Positions 11,543 to 22,600 of a stretch of DNA of 64,000 bases are shown here, one piece after another (position 1 is the first letter of the stretch; each line of letters opens with the position of its first letter). Both the position numbers and the translations under genes were made by a program. The stretch spans positions 12,276,001-12,340,000 of the forward strand of contig CATNEN010000003.1 in NCBI GenBank assembly GCA_950097015.1, read 5' to 3'. The notes below the pieces were generated by a model. The model did not search any database. It was not told the DNA's origin and was given only the letters and a program-made list of their open reading frames with translations. This DNA is from Macrostomum hystrix. Lineage: Eukaryota > Animalia > Platyhelminthes.

Positions 11543-11961
11543 CCGCTATAAAATAGGGATGTTTCTTTGGGTGATTCCAGTTGGAATCTGCGGTGTTTCC
11601 AGAAAAAGAAAAAGCCGACCGCTGGAAACATACCAATCAGATGATTCCATGCTTAGAATCTACCCAACTTGGCGTTTTCTCGGAGCTTCTTGGTGGCGAA
11701 ATGGAATCACCCAAAGAATCCTCCAGTTCGGAAGATTCCATGCTCAGAAACCGCCGAGGAATCGCCCGTAAATGATTCTCTGGTTGTCCCATGGGCCACT
11801 GGTTCGGGTGATTCTTCGGCGGTTTCCGCACAATTTACGGTTACATCGGCTGCTTCCTGGGTGGTTTCTTTAACTCTTGCGAGATAGGGGGGATTTTGGT
11901 AGATTCCACTCCTATTTTGCACTAAAAACCCGCCTAAGAAGCAGCCGAATTTTTTACAGGG
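11543..11961 (-). mobile_element. about 420 bp interspersed repeat, putative non-autonomous DNA transposon, copy 1
   Basis: Near-identical, in reverse orientation, to 37807-38227 and 46178-46596. Imperfect termini CCCTGTAAAA / CCCGCTA(A/T)AA. Confidence 0.8.
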
Positions 11962-12075
11962 TTAAAACTTTGCCCTGAAAAATAAATATCCATCAAAATT
12001 TAGGCCAAATGAATAACATGTACGAGTATATATATCTACAAATGAAAACGAAATTTACTCGTTAATAACAACTGG

Positions 12076-12164
12076 AGTCTTGATGATGAAATTCTTATAT
12101 TTTAATGGAGCCCTTTTCATAGTTTTTTGGGCCGTGATCATTGTCATAGTTACACTGAGAGACT
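12076..12164 (+). ncRNA. SNORD46: box C/D snoRNA, SNORD46-like copy 3
   Basis: Stem AGTCTT/GAGACT, C box ATGATGA, TTGTCATAGTTACA-CTGA. Confidence 0.9.
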
Positions 12165-12235
12165 ACAGTTTTTTAAAGCATTTTTACATTTACTATTTTA
12201 TCTACTCTTAGTATATTAATACGAGCGTAAGCTTT

Positions 12236-12330
12236 GAGTTCTTGTGATGAGTAAATAATTCATTTATTGAACCAGTCCATTATATTTATTGTGGACTGCT
12301 GATTGTTGTCATAGTTACACTGAAGAGCTC
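12236..12330 (+). ncRNA. SNORD46: box C/D snoRNA, SNORD46-like copy 4
   Basis: Stem GAGTTCT/AGAGCTC, C box GTGATGA, TTGTCATAGTTACA-CTGA. Confidence 0.9.
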
Positions 12331-12492
12331 AAATATGCTTAACTTTATTCATATTTAATATGTATATACTTTTAAAAAATTATCGAGTCTGTCATCAGAA
12401 TTGGAAGAAGCCAAATAACAATAAAAACTATTAATCAACGCATTATTACGATCGTAAATGATAAGGAATGCACTACAGTCAGTTGAATTTGT

Positions 12493-15400
12493 TCAGTGTT
12501 TCACTGTTGTATTAGCATGACAATAAGCCACTTTGTAAGTATTTGGATCGTGTCCACGTTTTAGTCTAACTAGCTTCAATTTCCTATTGAGATACTTTGC
12601 GCTATTGAAATCGAAGGCATTCTTCAACAATATGTTGAGCACAGATTGATCATAGCGGTGGCAGTGCAGATAGCGGCTCTTGTAGGCCAGCTGTTTCTTT
12701 TGCAAATTGGCGCACTTCCTTCTGGCTCTCAGCGGTGCCATGCAGTTGCGTTCAAGACCGCACAGAACAAACCAGAGCATGATGTTATCGCGAACAAATC
12801 TAGAAGATATAATAATTTGCCAAGTTTTTAGATGATTTCTTTTATCTCTTTAAAATAAAATTTTCCTTAATCCTCAAATTTGACTTCCTCGTATTATTTT
12901 ATTTTTTCGTATCCTTCCAATCTTTCAAATCCTTCTGAAAGTTAGTTTTATTCTCTCATATCCTCAGATTCGATTTCCACAAATCGTCTAATTTAATTAT
13001 CTCATATTTATGTCCGTCGATTCTCCGAAATCAATTAAACCTTGGTTTAATTCTTCGATATCCTCCAATCCGATTTTCCCAAATTCGATTCTCCCGATCT
13101 TTGGATCGTGTCCACTTTTTAGTCTAACTAGCTTCGATTTCCTATTGATCCCAGGTTTGATTCTCCCTAAATCCTCAGATTTTGAGCTCCTAGATCCCCG
13201 ATTTTATTCCTCCTTGTTGTTGTCGGAAATGCTTCCTCCAGAAAACCTTCTCGTCGTTTCCTTTGACTCTCCTCTTTAATCTCTTGCTCACCAATTAGTT
13301 AATCAGTACGTTTCACTGCACTTTAATTGTTTCGCTTTCTATCGTCCTCTTAGCCCATAGACTACGCATCCTGCCCGCCCCCTTGTTAACTCAATCGTTA
13401 TCTATGTTTTTAATTCCGTGCTCGGTACAGTTCCCCTTTAGTTGCTTCTAGTGTGCACTAAGCCCACTAGATCTTCGGACCAAATGCTTTTACTTTCAAA
13501 ATACAAGTTATATACCTAAATACAAGCAAGGAAATTTTGTCCCAAGCGACAGTTGTCTTCAGTAACAAGAGTTGCGATATACTCACTTAGTATTGATCAG
13601 GATGATCGGCGCAGTTTGCATTTGGCCACTAGTTTTAATGCGCAACGGATCCGTTGGCAGGTAGCGATAAACCTCCGGATGAGTTACAGTCAGAGTTGAA
13701 TAGACATGCTTGCCACCGAATATCATTGCCCCAGTCTGCTTGGCCAATTGTAAGGCTCTATTCAGCATGGCGGAGTTCATCAGCAATCTAGAGGACGATT
13801 CTAACCAGAGTATGGCTCCATACTCGTTTAGAGCTGTCTGTAAAACTAATGGCTTCCAATAAAAACGCGATATTAGCCTAGTGTAGGCCGGATAGCCGAC
13901 GAATACAAATTTGCGATAGTGGACATTGCAGAGACGCTTCAGCTGTTATTTTCAAATGAACAAAACGATTAACACTTAGTTACTGAACCCTTGTGATGAG
14001 ATTTATCTTTTAAGCATGACGTGCTAATCCTATTTTATTAGCTGCATGAGTGCTTGTCATAGTTACTCTGAAGGGCTCACTCTTCCTTGCGGACAAAACA
14101 TTTACTAATGTGCTGAATTCGAACTCCCGACCTCTTTAATCAGGGAGCTACTGACTTATAAATATTACTCATAGCCTCGTATGGGAGTTGTAGCCTCGCG
14201 GTAAAGGCGCCAGACTCACGACTTGAAGGTCGATTTATCGATTCTCGACTCCACTGGAACAAGTTGTGTACTTTAGCAAGTCAAGTTCACCCATCTGTTA
14301 AATGGGTCTAAGAATGTGTTACAGAATGGGTTAAATATTCTGTAATTAAGGTTGGTTGTGGCCACTCCCCAGCCCATTGACTAAACTGCTGTTGGCTGCA
14401 CATCTTTTCATCGAATATTACTTAATGAATCCTAAATGATGATAACATTAAGATACAATCGTGTCTGCATGTTTTTTAGCAGGCTAATGATTTTTGTCAT
14501 AGTTACACTGACAGGATTCAATTATGAGGTTCGATTTATAAAATTTATGTTGCATTATTTACCATTTTGCGTCCTATAAATAGAACGATATGCAAGTTGG
14601 CTAGATTTGTTGTTACTCTTCGGTATATAGACTAGGAGGCAACCAATTTTTTTCACCTGCAAACATTATAAGTTTCTACCAAGCCATTCGCTGGTACCCA
14701 TTTTACGAGTTTAAGTAATGAAAAACTCGCTCAATCATACAGATTGTTTCTGGTTTCTGAGATTTCTAACTCCAGGCGTCTTGCTTAAAGGCCCGAAGCT
14801 CTAACAACTTGGCTACTAACCTTCTGGCAACGTTATGCTAGTCTAAACATAAATACCATTATTTCTATTATTCGACTGAATCCTCATTTTATTCAGTCGA
14901 ACCATAGCCAGCAATACATTAACTTCTTTGGCACGCCAAAGAAAGTTTGTTTTAGGCCTAATATGGTCGTAAATTGTGACTGAATTCCAAATCACAAAAC
15001 TGCTAGGTTAAATTAAAGCCTATGATGCATCCATTGTTTACTTTCCGGATGCTGTTTACTTTATAATTTATAATTAGATCTAGTTAACTTAAATTAGTTA
15101 TCACGATGGAATCTTAATTTTACTATACTTTTTTGATTCGAACTTGGCTTGCTAAGTAACTGTTATAATCTAATAAAGTGTAAATAGCATACCTGTGTAA
15201 TCTCGTCCATCTTAAGGCCGATATCGAACACAACCAGAGTTCGATTCGGAAACTGCGCCTGCACGCTGGCGATCATGTCTAAGCTCTCAGAGAAGCGCAC
15301 GTGACTCACAGCCGTAACAAATTGTACATCGCGCACACTTTGCGCATCCTTCACACAGTGATTGAGTCCAATTAGACCTAGCCTTCTTAAAATTGGGCTA

Positions 15401-15651
15401 GTCTTGCTAACAGAGAAATAGATGCCTTTGCGTTTGGGTTGATAGGGTGGCGAGTACTGCAGATGCTGCATCCGATGACGCATAATAGCGTGACGCAGTG
15501 CCGACAATTCAAAGCGTTGCTGCCTATGCGGACGTTCGTGATAGTGTCGCTGGGCAGCTGCCGCCGCTGCCGCGTGATGCCGCAGCGATTCGTCGTGTCT
15601 GCGATCGCTCTCGCTGCGATTCACAATCTTAACGAGAATTGTGAAGAGCAA
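12493..15651 (-). CDS. DUF1647-like protein (glycosyltransferase-like); start codon not identified
   Basis: Exons ~15651-15193, 13942-13587 and 12799-12493 splice in frame. Motifs FVTAVS..F, VFDIGL, YWKPLVLQTAL, CHRYDQSVLNILL recalled as DUF1647-type. Confidence 0.72.
13985..14078 (+). ncRNA. SNORD46: box C/D snoRNA, SNORD46-like copy 5
   Basis: Stem GAACCCT/AGGGCTC, C box GTGATGA, TTGTCATAGTTACT-CTGA. Confidence 0.88.
14183..14405 (+). mobile_element. tRNA-derived CORE-type SINE
   Basis: tRNA-like head (TAGCCTCGCGG A box, degenerate B box) followed by TTGTGTACTTTAGCAAGTCA..TTCACCCATCTGTTAAATGG, resembling the MIR/CORE domain. Homologous to 22255-22515. Confidence 0.7.
14426..14520 (+). ncRNA. 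SNORD46: box C/D snoRNA, SNORD46-like copy 6
   Basis: Stem TGAATCCT/AGGATTCA, C box ATGATGA, TTGTCATAGTTACA-CTGA. Confidence 0.9.
14690..14820 (-). mobile_element. degenerate tRNA-derived SINE fragment
   Basis: Minus strand reads AGTAGCCAAGTTGTTAGAGC...GGAGTTAGAAATC...AAAATGGGTACCAGC. Confidence 0.45.
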
Positions 15652-15672
15652 ATGATGTAATTAGCTAGAGAG

Positions 15673-15770
15673 TGGAGTCTTAATGATGAATAAACTCTGA
15701 TTTCTGCGAGCCCGAATCTCTTATTTAGGGCGAAGAGCGATTTTTGTCATAGTTACACTGAAAGACTCCA
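15673..15770 (+). ncRNA. SNORD46: box C/D snoRNA, SNORD46-like copy 7
   Basis: Stem TGGAGTCTT/AAGACTCCA, C box ATGATGA, TTGTCATAGTTACA-CTGA. Confidence 0.9.
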
Positions 15771-17092
15771 GTATGTAATCGTTTAGACTTGCGCAATAAT
15801 TGGTATATACCAAATACTAAAAAAGTGGTATAGAATAAACTAGTCTAATAGAAAGAACACAAAAATACTAATATTTTTACTCCATCTTTATCTTTACGTC
15901 ACGTTGGAAGCTGTGGCAAGCAACTGAATAGTGTTGTCAAGTGATTAAAAGATTGAATGTCTATAAACACGGCACATTTGATATTTTTGCAAATATCACG
16001 ATTTTACTTTGCTCAGACTGTTTAATGAACCCTTCAGATTATCAAAGTTTGCATTCATACAATCGCTCTATATTGCGACTTGCATAGTGAGGGAAAATCG
16101 TTTATCATCACTAGGGTTCAAATGTTGATATTCAGCCGATCTTGCTAGCAGAAATGAAACAGCCTAAAAGCGATACTTACGTTACTATTGATGACCGAAT
16201 GCTGATAAAAGACAATAATGAAAAATAAAAGCACTACCGATATTATAGTTGCGTAGCGGATAAAAAATTTAGTAGCTATTTGGCTCTGCGCTGCATAGTT
16301 TGGATGAGGCATTTTAGTTGATCAGAAGTTATTATCACAAAAATATGGCAGAGCTAAAGGATTTTGTCGATGCGAGCATATACTAAGCCGACGTGTGCTT
16401 GTGCTAAAATACAGAAGTTTGGTCTCTTTATACCGCGTCCTGAGCCTCCTACTCCGCACCCCCTTTTTCTTCTAGTCAGTGACTCAAAGTTTTTTCGCAG
16501 GGGGGTGAAAGGTTTCAAACCCTTACCCACCCCTCGATAGGGCCAGTCAATGTTTTAAACTTCCCCTTCCCCTTCACCGGCTGTTTTAGCCTGTTCCCGA
16601 AGACATTTTTTTTCTTCTACGTTTTAACCCTGAGGAAATTGCGACTCGACTTAACACCACTCACTTGGTCTTTCTAGTTTTTAACCCTACTAAAGTCAGT
16701 CATTTGCTAGCTGCTTGTATGATCAACCGTCTGTTTCGCGTGACTAATATATATATGCTTAGCGCCAACTGCAGATTACAAGTGAGAAGGGTTTTCGCAT
16801 ACATTTAGTCTAAGCAATTCAGGCCATAGATTTGAAAAAGCAGACGGTTTTAGGCTCCAACTGTTAGTCGTCGCACGGATACTAACAGCGTTTGTTGCTA
16901 AAAATTTCCAGCGGTTCCTTTCCTACCAAATTCACAATGGGTAGACAAAAGAGACGAAGTTGGTCCGTTGTTGACTAACTTCTCCATTCGTCTTTTAGTT
17001 TAATATTACTACCACTATTATATAGTATTCAAAAAAGAAGCCTTCAATACTGGTCCTCAGTTCGGAGCCGACCAGACTCCATCATCGCGAAA

Positions 17093-17890
17093 TTGGTGGC
17101 AGATACAGAATACAGCGATGTTGGCATTGGGGAAAAAATGAATAGTGAAGTAATGCGGAATTGTCAACAGACTAGAAAAACAAAGTCCATCAAAACGCAC
17201 AGAGAGAACTTTGAGTCAGAGTTTCGAAGGCACTGGACTCAGAGGATGGGAAAATCAGCCAAGCTCAGCCACTTCTATTATACGTTTAAGAAAGATTTCT
17301 CCCGAGAAAAGTACCTAACAATAATCTCTAACCCAGAACAAAGGCGCACAATGTCCCGATTTCGTCTAGGAAACCACAAACTGGCCTGTGAGACATTGCG
17401 CACTGTAAGACCGAAAATCGCCTATGAAAACAGAACATGCCCAAAATGTAGAGTCGAGGTAGAGAACGAAACTCATATTCTCTTTAGATGCGATTGGTCC
17501 GTTTATGTTCCAATTAGAAATAAATTCATAGAGAAAGTAGCAGGTACTGTTCGAAATTTCGAAAGCCTAACAGCTGATGACAAAATTTTGTATTTAATGA
17601 CACAGGAAAGCACAGAATTAACAAAGTTTTGTCGACTTCATAGAAAGCATACTTAAAGCTAGATAAAAAGCCACTGCCCTGAGGCCCATAGTTAGAATGC
17701 GAAAACACAATTAGCTATTCTACTTTCGGTCAGTTTTAATTTTCTCTTTAAATTTCAAAATTTCATTTTTTGTTTTAATGCCTTTGTTTATTTCAAATAT
17801 TTTATTAACCTAAAATTGCGCATGCTACTGTTTTCCTATCGCCTTCTCTTTAAAAATCGATTTGTTTAACCTCAAACATAAAATAAACAA
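17093..17890 (+). mobile_element. non-LTR retrotransposon 3' fragment
   Basis: ORF 17093-17656 has RFRLGNHKL..E and C..C....ENETHILFRC, typical of LINE ORF2 C-termini. An (AAT)n tract follows at about 17965-17985. Confidence 0.75.
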
Positions 17891-18879
17891 AAAATCAGCG
17901 CCCAATCGGCGTGGATAGTAATAATTATTATTCACGCCGATTGGGTGCTGATTTTATTAATAAAATAATAAATAATAATAATAATATGCTAGGGTCGTTT
18001 TTTATACGCCTAAACAGTTTCCACCTACATTGAAGCTATCTAGAAATTGCCGCCGATAATGAAAAAAAAATTCTGCTTGGTAAGTATAATCGAGAGGTCC
18101 CAAATTCGATTTTTCCTTGACAGTTTACCGAAGATTCAGTTTTCTGAAATCTGTAGAATAATTACAAATTAAGCACGGGTAATAATATGTAGAGTTTACT
18201 TATCATAACTTTTTACTTTACCTATACTTTCCCTTTAGCAATCACGGCAAGCGGCAACTATTTGAAATTTAAATTAAATCCCGGCTCCGTTGGTGACCAA
18301 GTCTACAGAGAGGTCTTCACCAACTATCTGGATATGACGCAGGAATCTTGCAACTAGAGCATCCGTTTGTAATGCAACATTCGGACTGCGTTTTTGTGTA
18401 ATTTATTTTGGTCCTTTTTCAAACCAAAACTTTATAGAACCGATGGATTTACAAGCGAGACAATAACAATTAGAATTTACCTCATAGAACCGATTTTTAG
18501 CGTAGAACACGAATCTTCTATATTTTCTTTAAATTAAGCTCATTCAATCTAGCTGTGTAATTATGAACAATTTCGCGAATATTCCTGTGCTTTGTATTAT
18601 TAAATTCAAGTATTTTGTTGTAAACCTCGTTCTTTATTAAAGCGATTTAGTTTTGTGCTTATTCATACTTATTTTTTTCTGTTATACGAGCTAAATTTTC
18701 GTCCACAAGGGCTTGCTGAGTCTAATTTTTCCTATTACTTGACATCTAAATCTTAATTTTTATTCAGTAAATCATGTAGCTCGTACCCAAGAGAAGCTAT
18801 TTAATATGCTTTATGCTGTATTATATACTTTATTCTTCAATTGCTGAAGCTGCTTCTTGGCCGCTTTCTGCCTTTCTTA

Positions 18880-19045
18880 TCATCGTTCACCCACTCTCAT
18901 ATTCTCTTACCCACTCTCATCATCTCTCACCTACTCTCATATCATCTCTCACCCACTCTCATATCATCTCTCATCCACTCTCTTATCATCTCTAAACCAC
19001 TCTCTTATCATCTCTAACCCACTCTCATATCATCTCTCATCTCCC
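18880..19045. repeat. 22 bp minisatellite
   Basis: Unit CATCTCTCACCCACTCTCATAT. Confidence 0.85.
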
Positions 19046-19639
19046 ACAATCTTATTATTGCTGTCCGTTTTTTGTACAAATTCAATTCGTCAAACAATGA
19101 AATCATCCCGTTGCTAATTTGTCTCCCGTCCCCTGAGCGGTGACAAGTTCCAATCACCAACAGTGTAATGAATCTGAAAGATTTATATATATATTTCCTA
19201 ATTCTTTTTAATTAGCCTGCCACTGCTTTCTTACAAATACATCTATATATATTGTGCTGATTTCGGCTTTTCTAACGTTTTGCCACTTGATTGACGCCAC
19301 ACTTTCAGATAATAAATGCCGATGAAATGTATTTTCAACATTAATCCTTAATCTTACGACTATCCAGCAATATTCCCACCTTCCACCTTTCTATTTCATT
19401 AATTAAAACGAAAACGAAATTCAATTCTAAAATGAACTTCACCGAAACTTTAATAACAAGTCTGTCTAACTTTATTAACGAACATATATATTATATAGTT
19501 AGTATACTTATAAGCATTATACTTATTAGTAATAATTATAAGCAGCCAAGCGATGTCCAGAATTCCAGGAAACGGTAGAACATTACAATTTGCTTTCACC
19601 CCACAATCATGTGTCAGTGTCAAATCTGGCTCATTTGCC

Positions 19640-22600
19640 TCAGTCGCTCTCCTCGCTAGCCTCATTGAGCCACTGGATCATTAGGCTGACTTTGTCGCGC
19701 AATTCGCCGGCTTTCTGGTGCGAGCCGTCCTCGGCGTGCCAGCGCAGGATCGCCCGCTCGTCGCATAGATCCTTGTCGTAGAAATAGCGGAGCAGGTGCA
19801 GGGCGCACTGCATCAGCGGAGAGGGACGGTCGCAGCAGGCGTCCTCGAAGCCGCGAAGAAACACCAGAGACTCCTCGGGACTGCCGAAGCCGTTGAAATA
19901 GTGCTCTGGAGGGATTTGGAATAAGTTTTCAGACGGGAAGATTCTAAAAGTAAATTTTGAGATGTGTGAGAAATCCAGATCAGTTTGTTGCAGAGTGTTT
20001 CATTCGAGTTATTCGTCGAGAGGTCGGTTAGACAACGCTCGAGACAACTCACTCAACAACGGTTGCCATGCGGCTAAACGCTGCTTCGTCTCTTGAAGAT
20101 AATCGTTGGGGCTAATAATAGTCGCGGGCACGTCTTCAGATTTGTCTTCGAGATCCTTCTCCCGGCGCAAGATCGGATACTCCAGAATAGTGCGCACTAG
20201 AATACCTTTCAATCGATCGATATGGACGCAGAATGCGTGCTTAATAGAGTTGATTTCAACCACCATTGTGTCCACAGCGTGGCTATCATCTTGGGCACGT
20301 TGCAGCACATCCAGCAGCTCCCTAGAGAAGTGATCCTCTCCAACATCCGCTGTGGGTACCTGCATGTTTTGTTTAAAAATATAACGACAAAATGTTTGCA
20401 AATTGCAATAAAATGTCGAAGGAAATTCCACGGAATTACCGTCAGATAAAAATATTGTCTCAATTTAGTCAAAAATTGGGAAATCACCTCGTTAGCATCG
20501 TCGCTAGAGTCTTCAGATTCAGACGAGCTGATTTCGTCATCAGTATCTTTGCGATAATGATATTGCCAGATTTCTTCTTCGGGTTCGTCTCGCTTGTCGC
20601 CAGTTTGTCGATTCTTGACGTCGGCCCTGCCATAGTCGATCTCGTCGCTGTCCTGCTCGTCTGAGTCGGAATTTGAGACTCCGCTGTCGCCTGTGGCTGC
20701 TGATCGATAAAGAGCAGCGTTGCTCTTCTTGCCAGTTCGCTGCTGTGGGTGTCACGTGATGCGAGAAGCGAGATGGGATGTGCTTACAGTTAGAAAAATG
20801 TTTCCCTAAAACGGAAATCCTGCAGCCAAATGGAAGAAAATTGTCTCTCTGGGCAAGACACCAAAGTCCCTAGTGCTTCAGTTGACCTAACTGTAAAAAT
20901 GAGTACTACGAGTAGTATCAGCTGCAATAGAAATTCGGCTGCGTTTAGCGGTTTACCCAGACCAGTTGACCACAGTGAAAAGTTGTACATAGATTTAGTA
21001 AGCAATAGCAATAGCTATCTGACCTGTTTTAATGTTATTCTCTGGGACTATATACATATTATACCTATCAGACCTATCATAACTATTATAATATGAGGAT
21101 CTGAGATCATACCTGTTCTTATATGAGGATCTGGGATCATATCTATTCTTATAATATATGAGGATCTGGGATCATATCTAACCTAAAACGAGGATGTGGG
21201 ATCATATCTAACCCAAAATAAGGATCTGGGATCATATCTAACCTAAAACGAGGATCTGGGATCATATCTAACCTAAAACGAGGATCTGCGATCATATCTA
21301 ACCTAAAACGAGGATCTGGGATCATATCTAACCTAAAACGAGGATCTGGGATCATATCTAACCTAAAATGAGGATCTGGGATCATATCTAACCTAAAACG
21401 AGGATCTGGGATCATATCTAACCTAAAACGAGGATCTGGGATCATATCTAACCTAAAACGAGGATCTGGGATCATATCTAACCTAAAATGAGGATCTGGG
21501 ATCAAATCTAACCTAATATAAGGATCTAGGATCATATCGATTTTTGTATGAGGATCTGGGATTATATCTATTCTTATATGAGGATCTAGGATCATATCTA
21601 TCCCAATATGAGGATCTAGGATCATATCTATCCCAATATGAGAAACTGGGATCGATATAAACATATATATCTAGCATAAGTAATATCTTTCTTAGAATAC
21701 AGGGAATTCTATTGTTAATTATACCTTTCCTCCAAATCCGCTAGCAGCCTTCTCTCCGTCTGGTCGCAGAATCAGCCTGCAATCGTTGAGTTCGGCTTTC
21801 GGACCAACTCGCACTCCGGGTGTGAGCACGCATCGATCGGTCAATTTGCTGCCACTCAGAACCTGACTATTGTCGCACAATAGGCTCTGCTCAATGTGAC
21901 AATGGTCGCCGACAATGGCTCCAGGCCATAGATAGCAGTCAGAAAGGTGGCAATTATCGCCTATAGAACAATCGGCTCCAACAACACAATTGACGAGCGA
22001 ACAATTCGAACCAATTTTAGCTCCGGGACCGACTAACACAGATTTAGTCAAACGAGCGCTTCGGTGTACATTTGCCTTGCTAGATACGTACACATTGCGC
22101 GGCCTGATCTGGTAGTCGGTTGAAGTTCGAGTGGCAGACATGCTGGCCGGGGTAACCTGCAGTTCAGTTTGCAATTCTGATTTATTAATTTAGCAAAGTA
22201 GTCTATATTCTTCCTATCATCAAGATAGGCTTTCAGAGTTCAGATTCTATTGTAGACTAACAGCTGAGGTAGGGGGTTCGATTCCCGAGTCCATTGGAAC
22301 AATTTGTGTCCATTAGTAAGACACTTAACTCTGCATTGCTTCAGTTCACCCAGCAGTTAAATGGGTGCCAGCATTAGCTGGGGTAATTGAGGGTGGGTGT
22401 GGCGTCCCCCCAGTCCATAGACTGAACAGTCGTACGCAGACTTCAGATGCGCTGCGCAATAGCTACGGCTGTGCTGTCGGCTGCACATCTGGCCCAATTG
22501 GGGCAGGTGTGATTAACTATGATTATGAATTACACATTAGGTAGTGCAGATTCTATTGTGAAAGTATACCACTTATTATAAAACAGGTACAATTGTTTTA

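Noticed and set aside
11502-11922. Short ORFs in the 420 bp repeat (also at 37781 and 46217)
   Set aside because: No recognisable domain; they recur only because the repeat does.
14183-14255. tRNA genes here and at 22255 and 32060
   Set aside because: No complete cloverleaf, and each continues into SINE body sequence.
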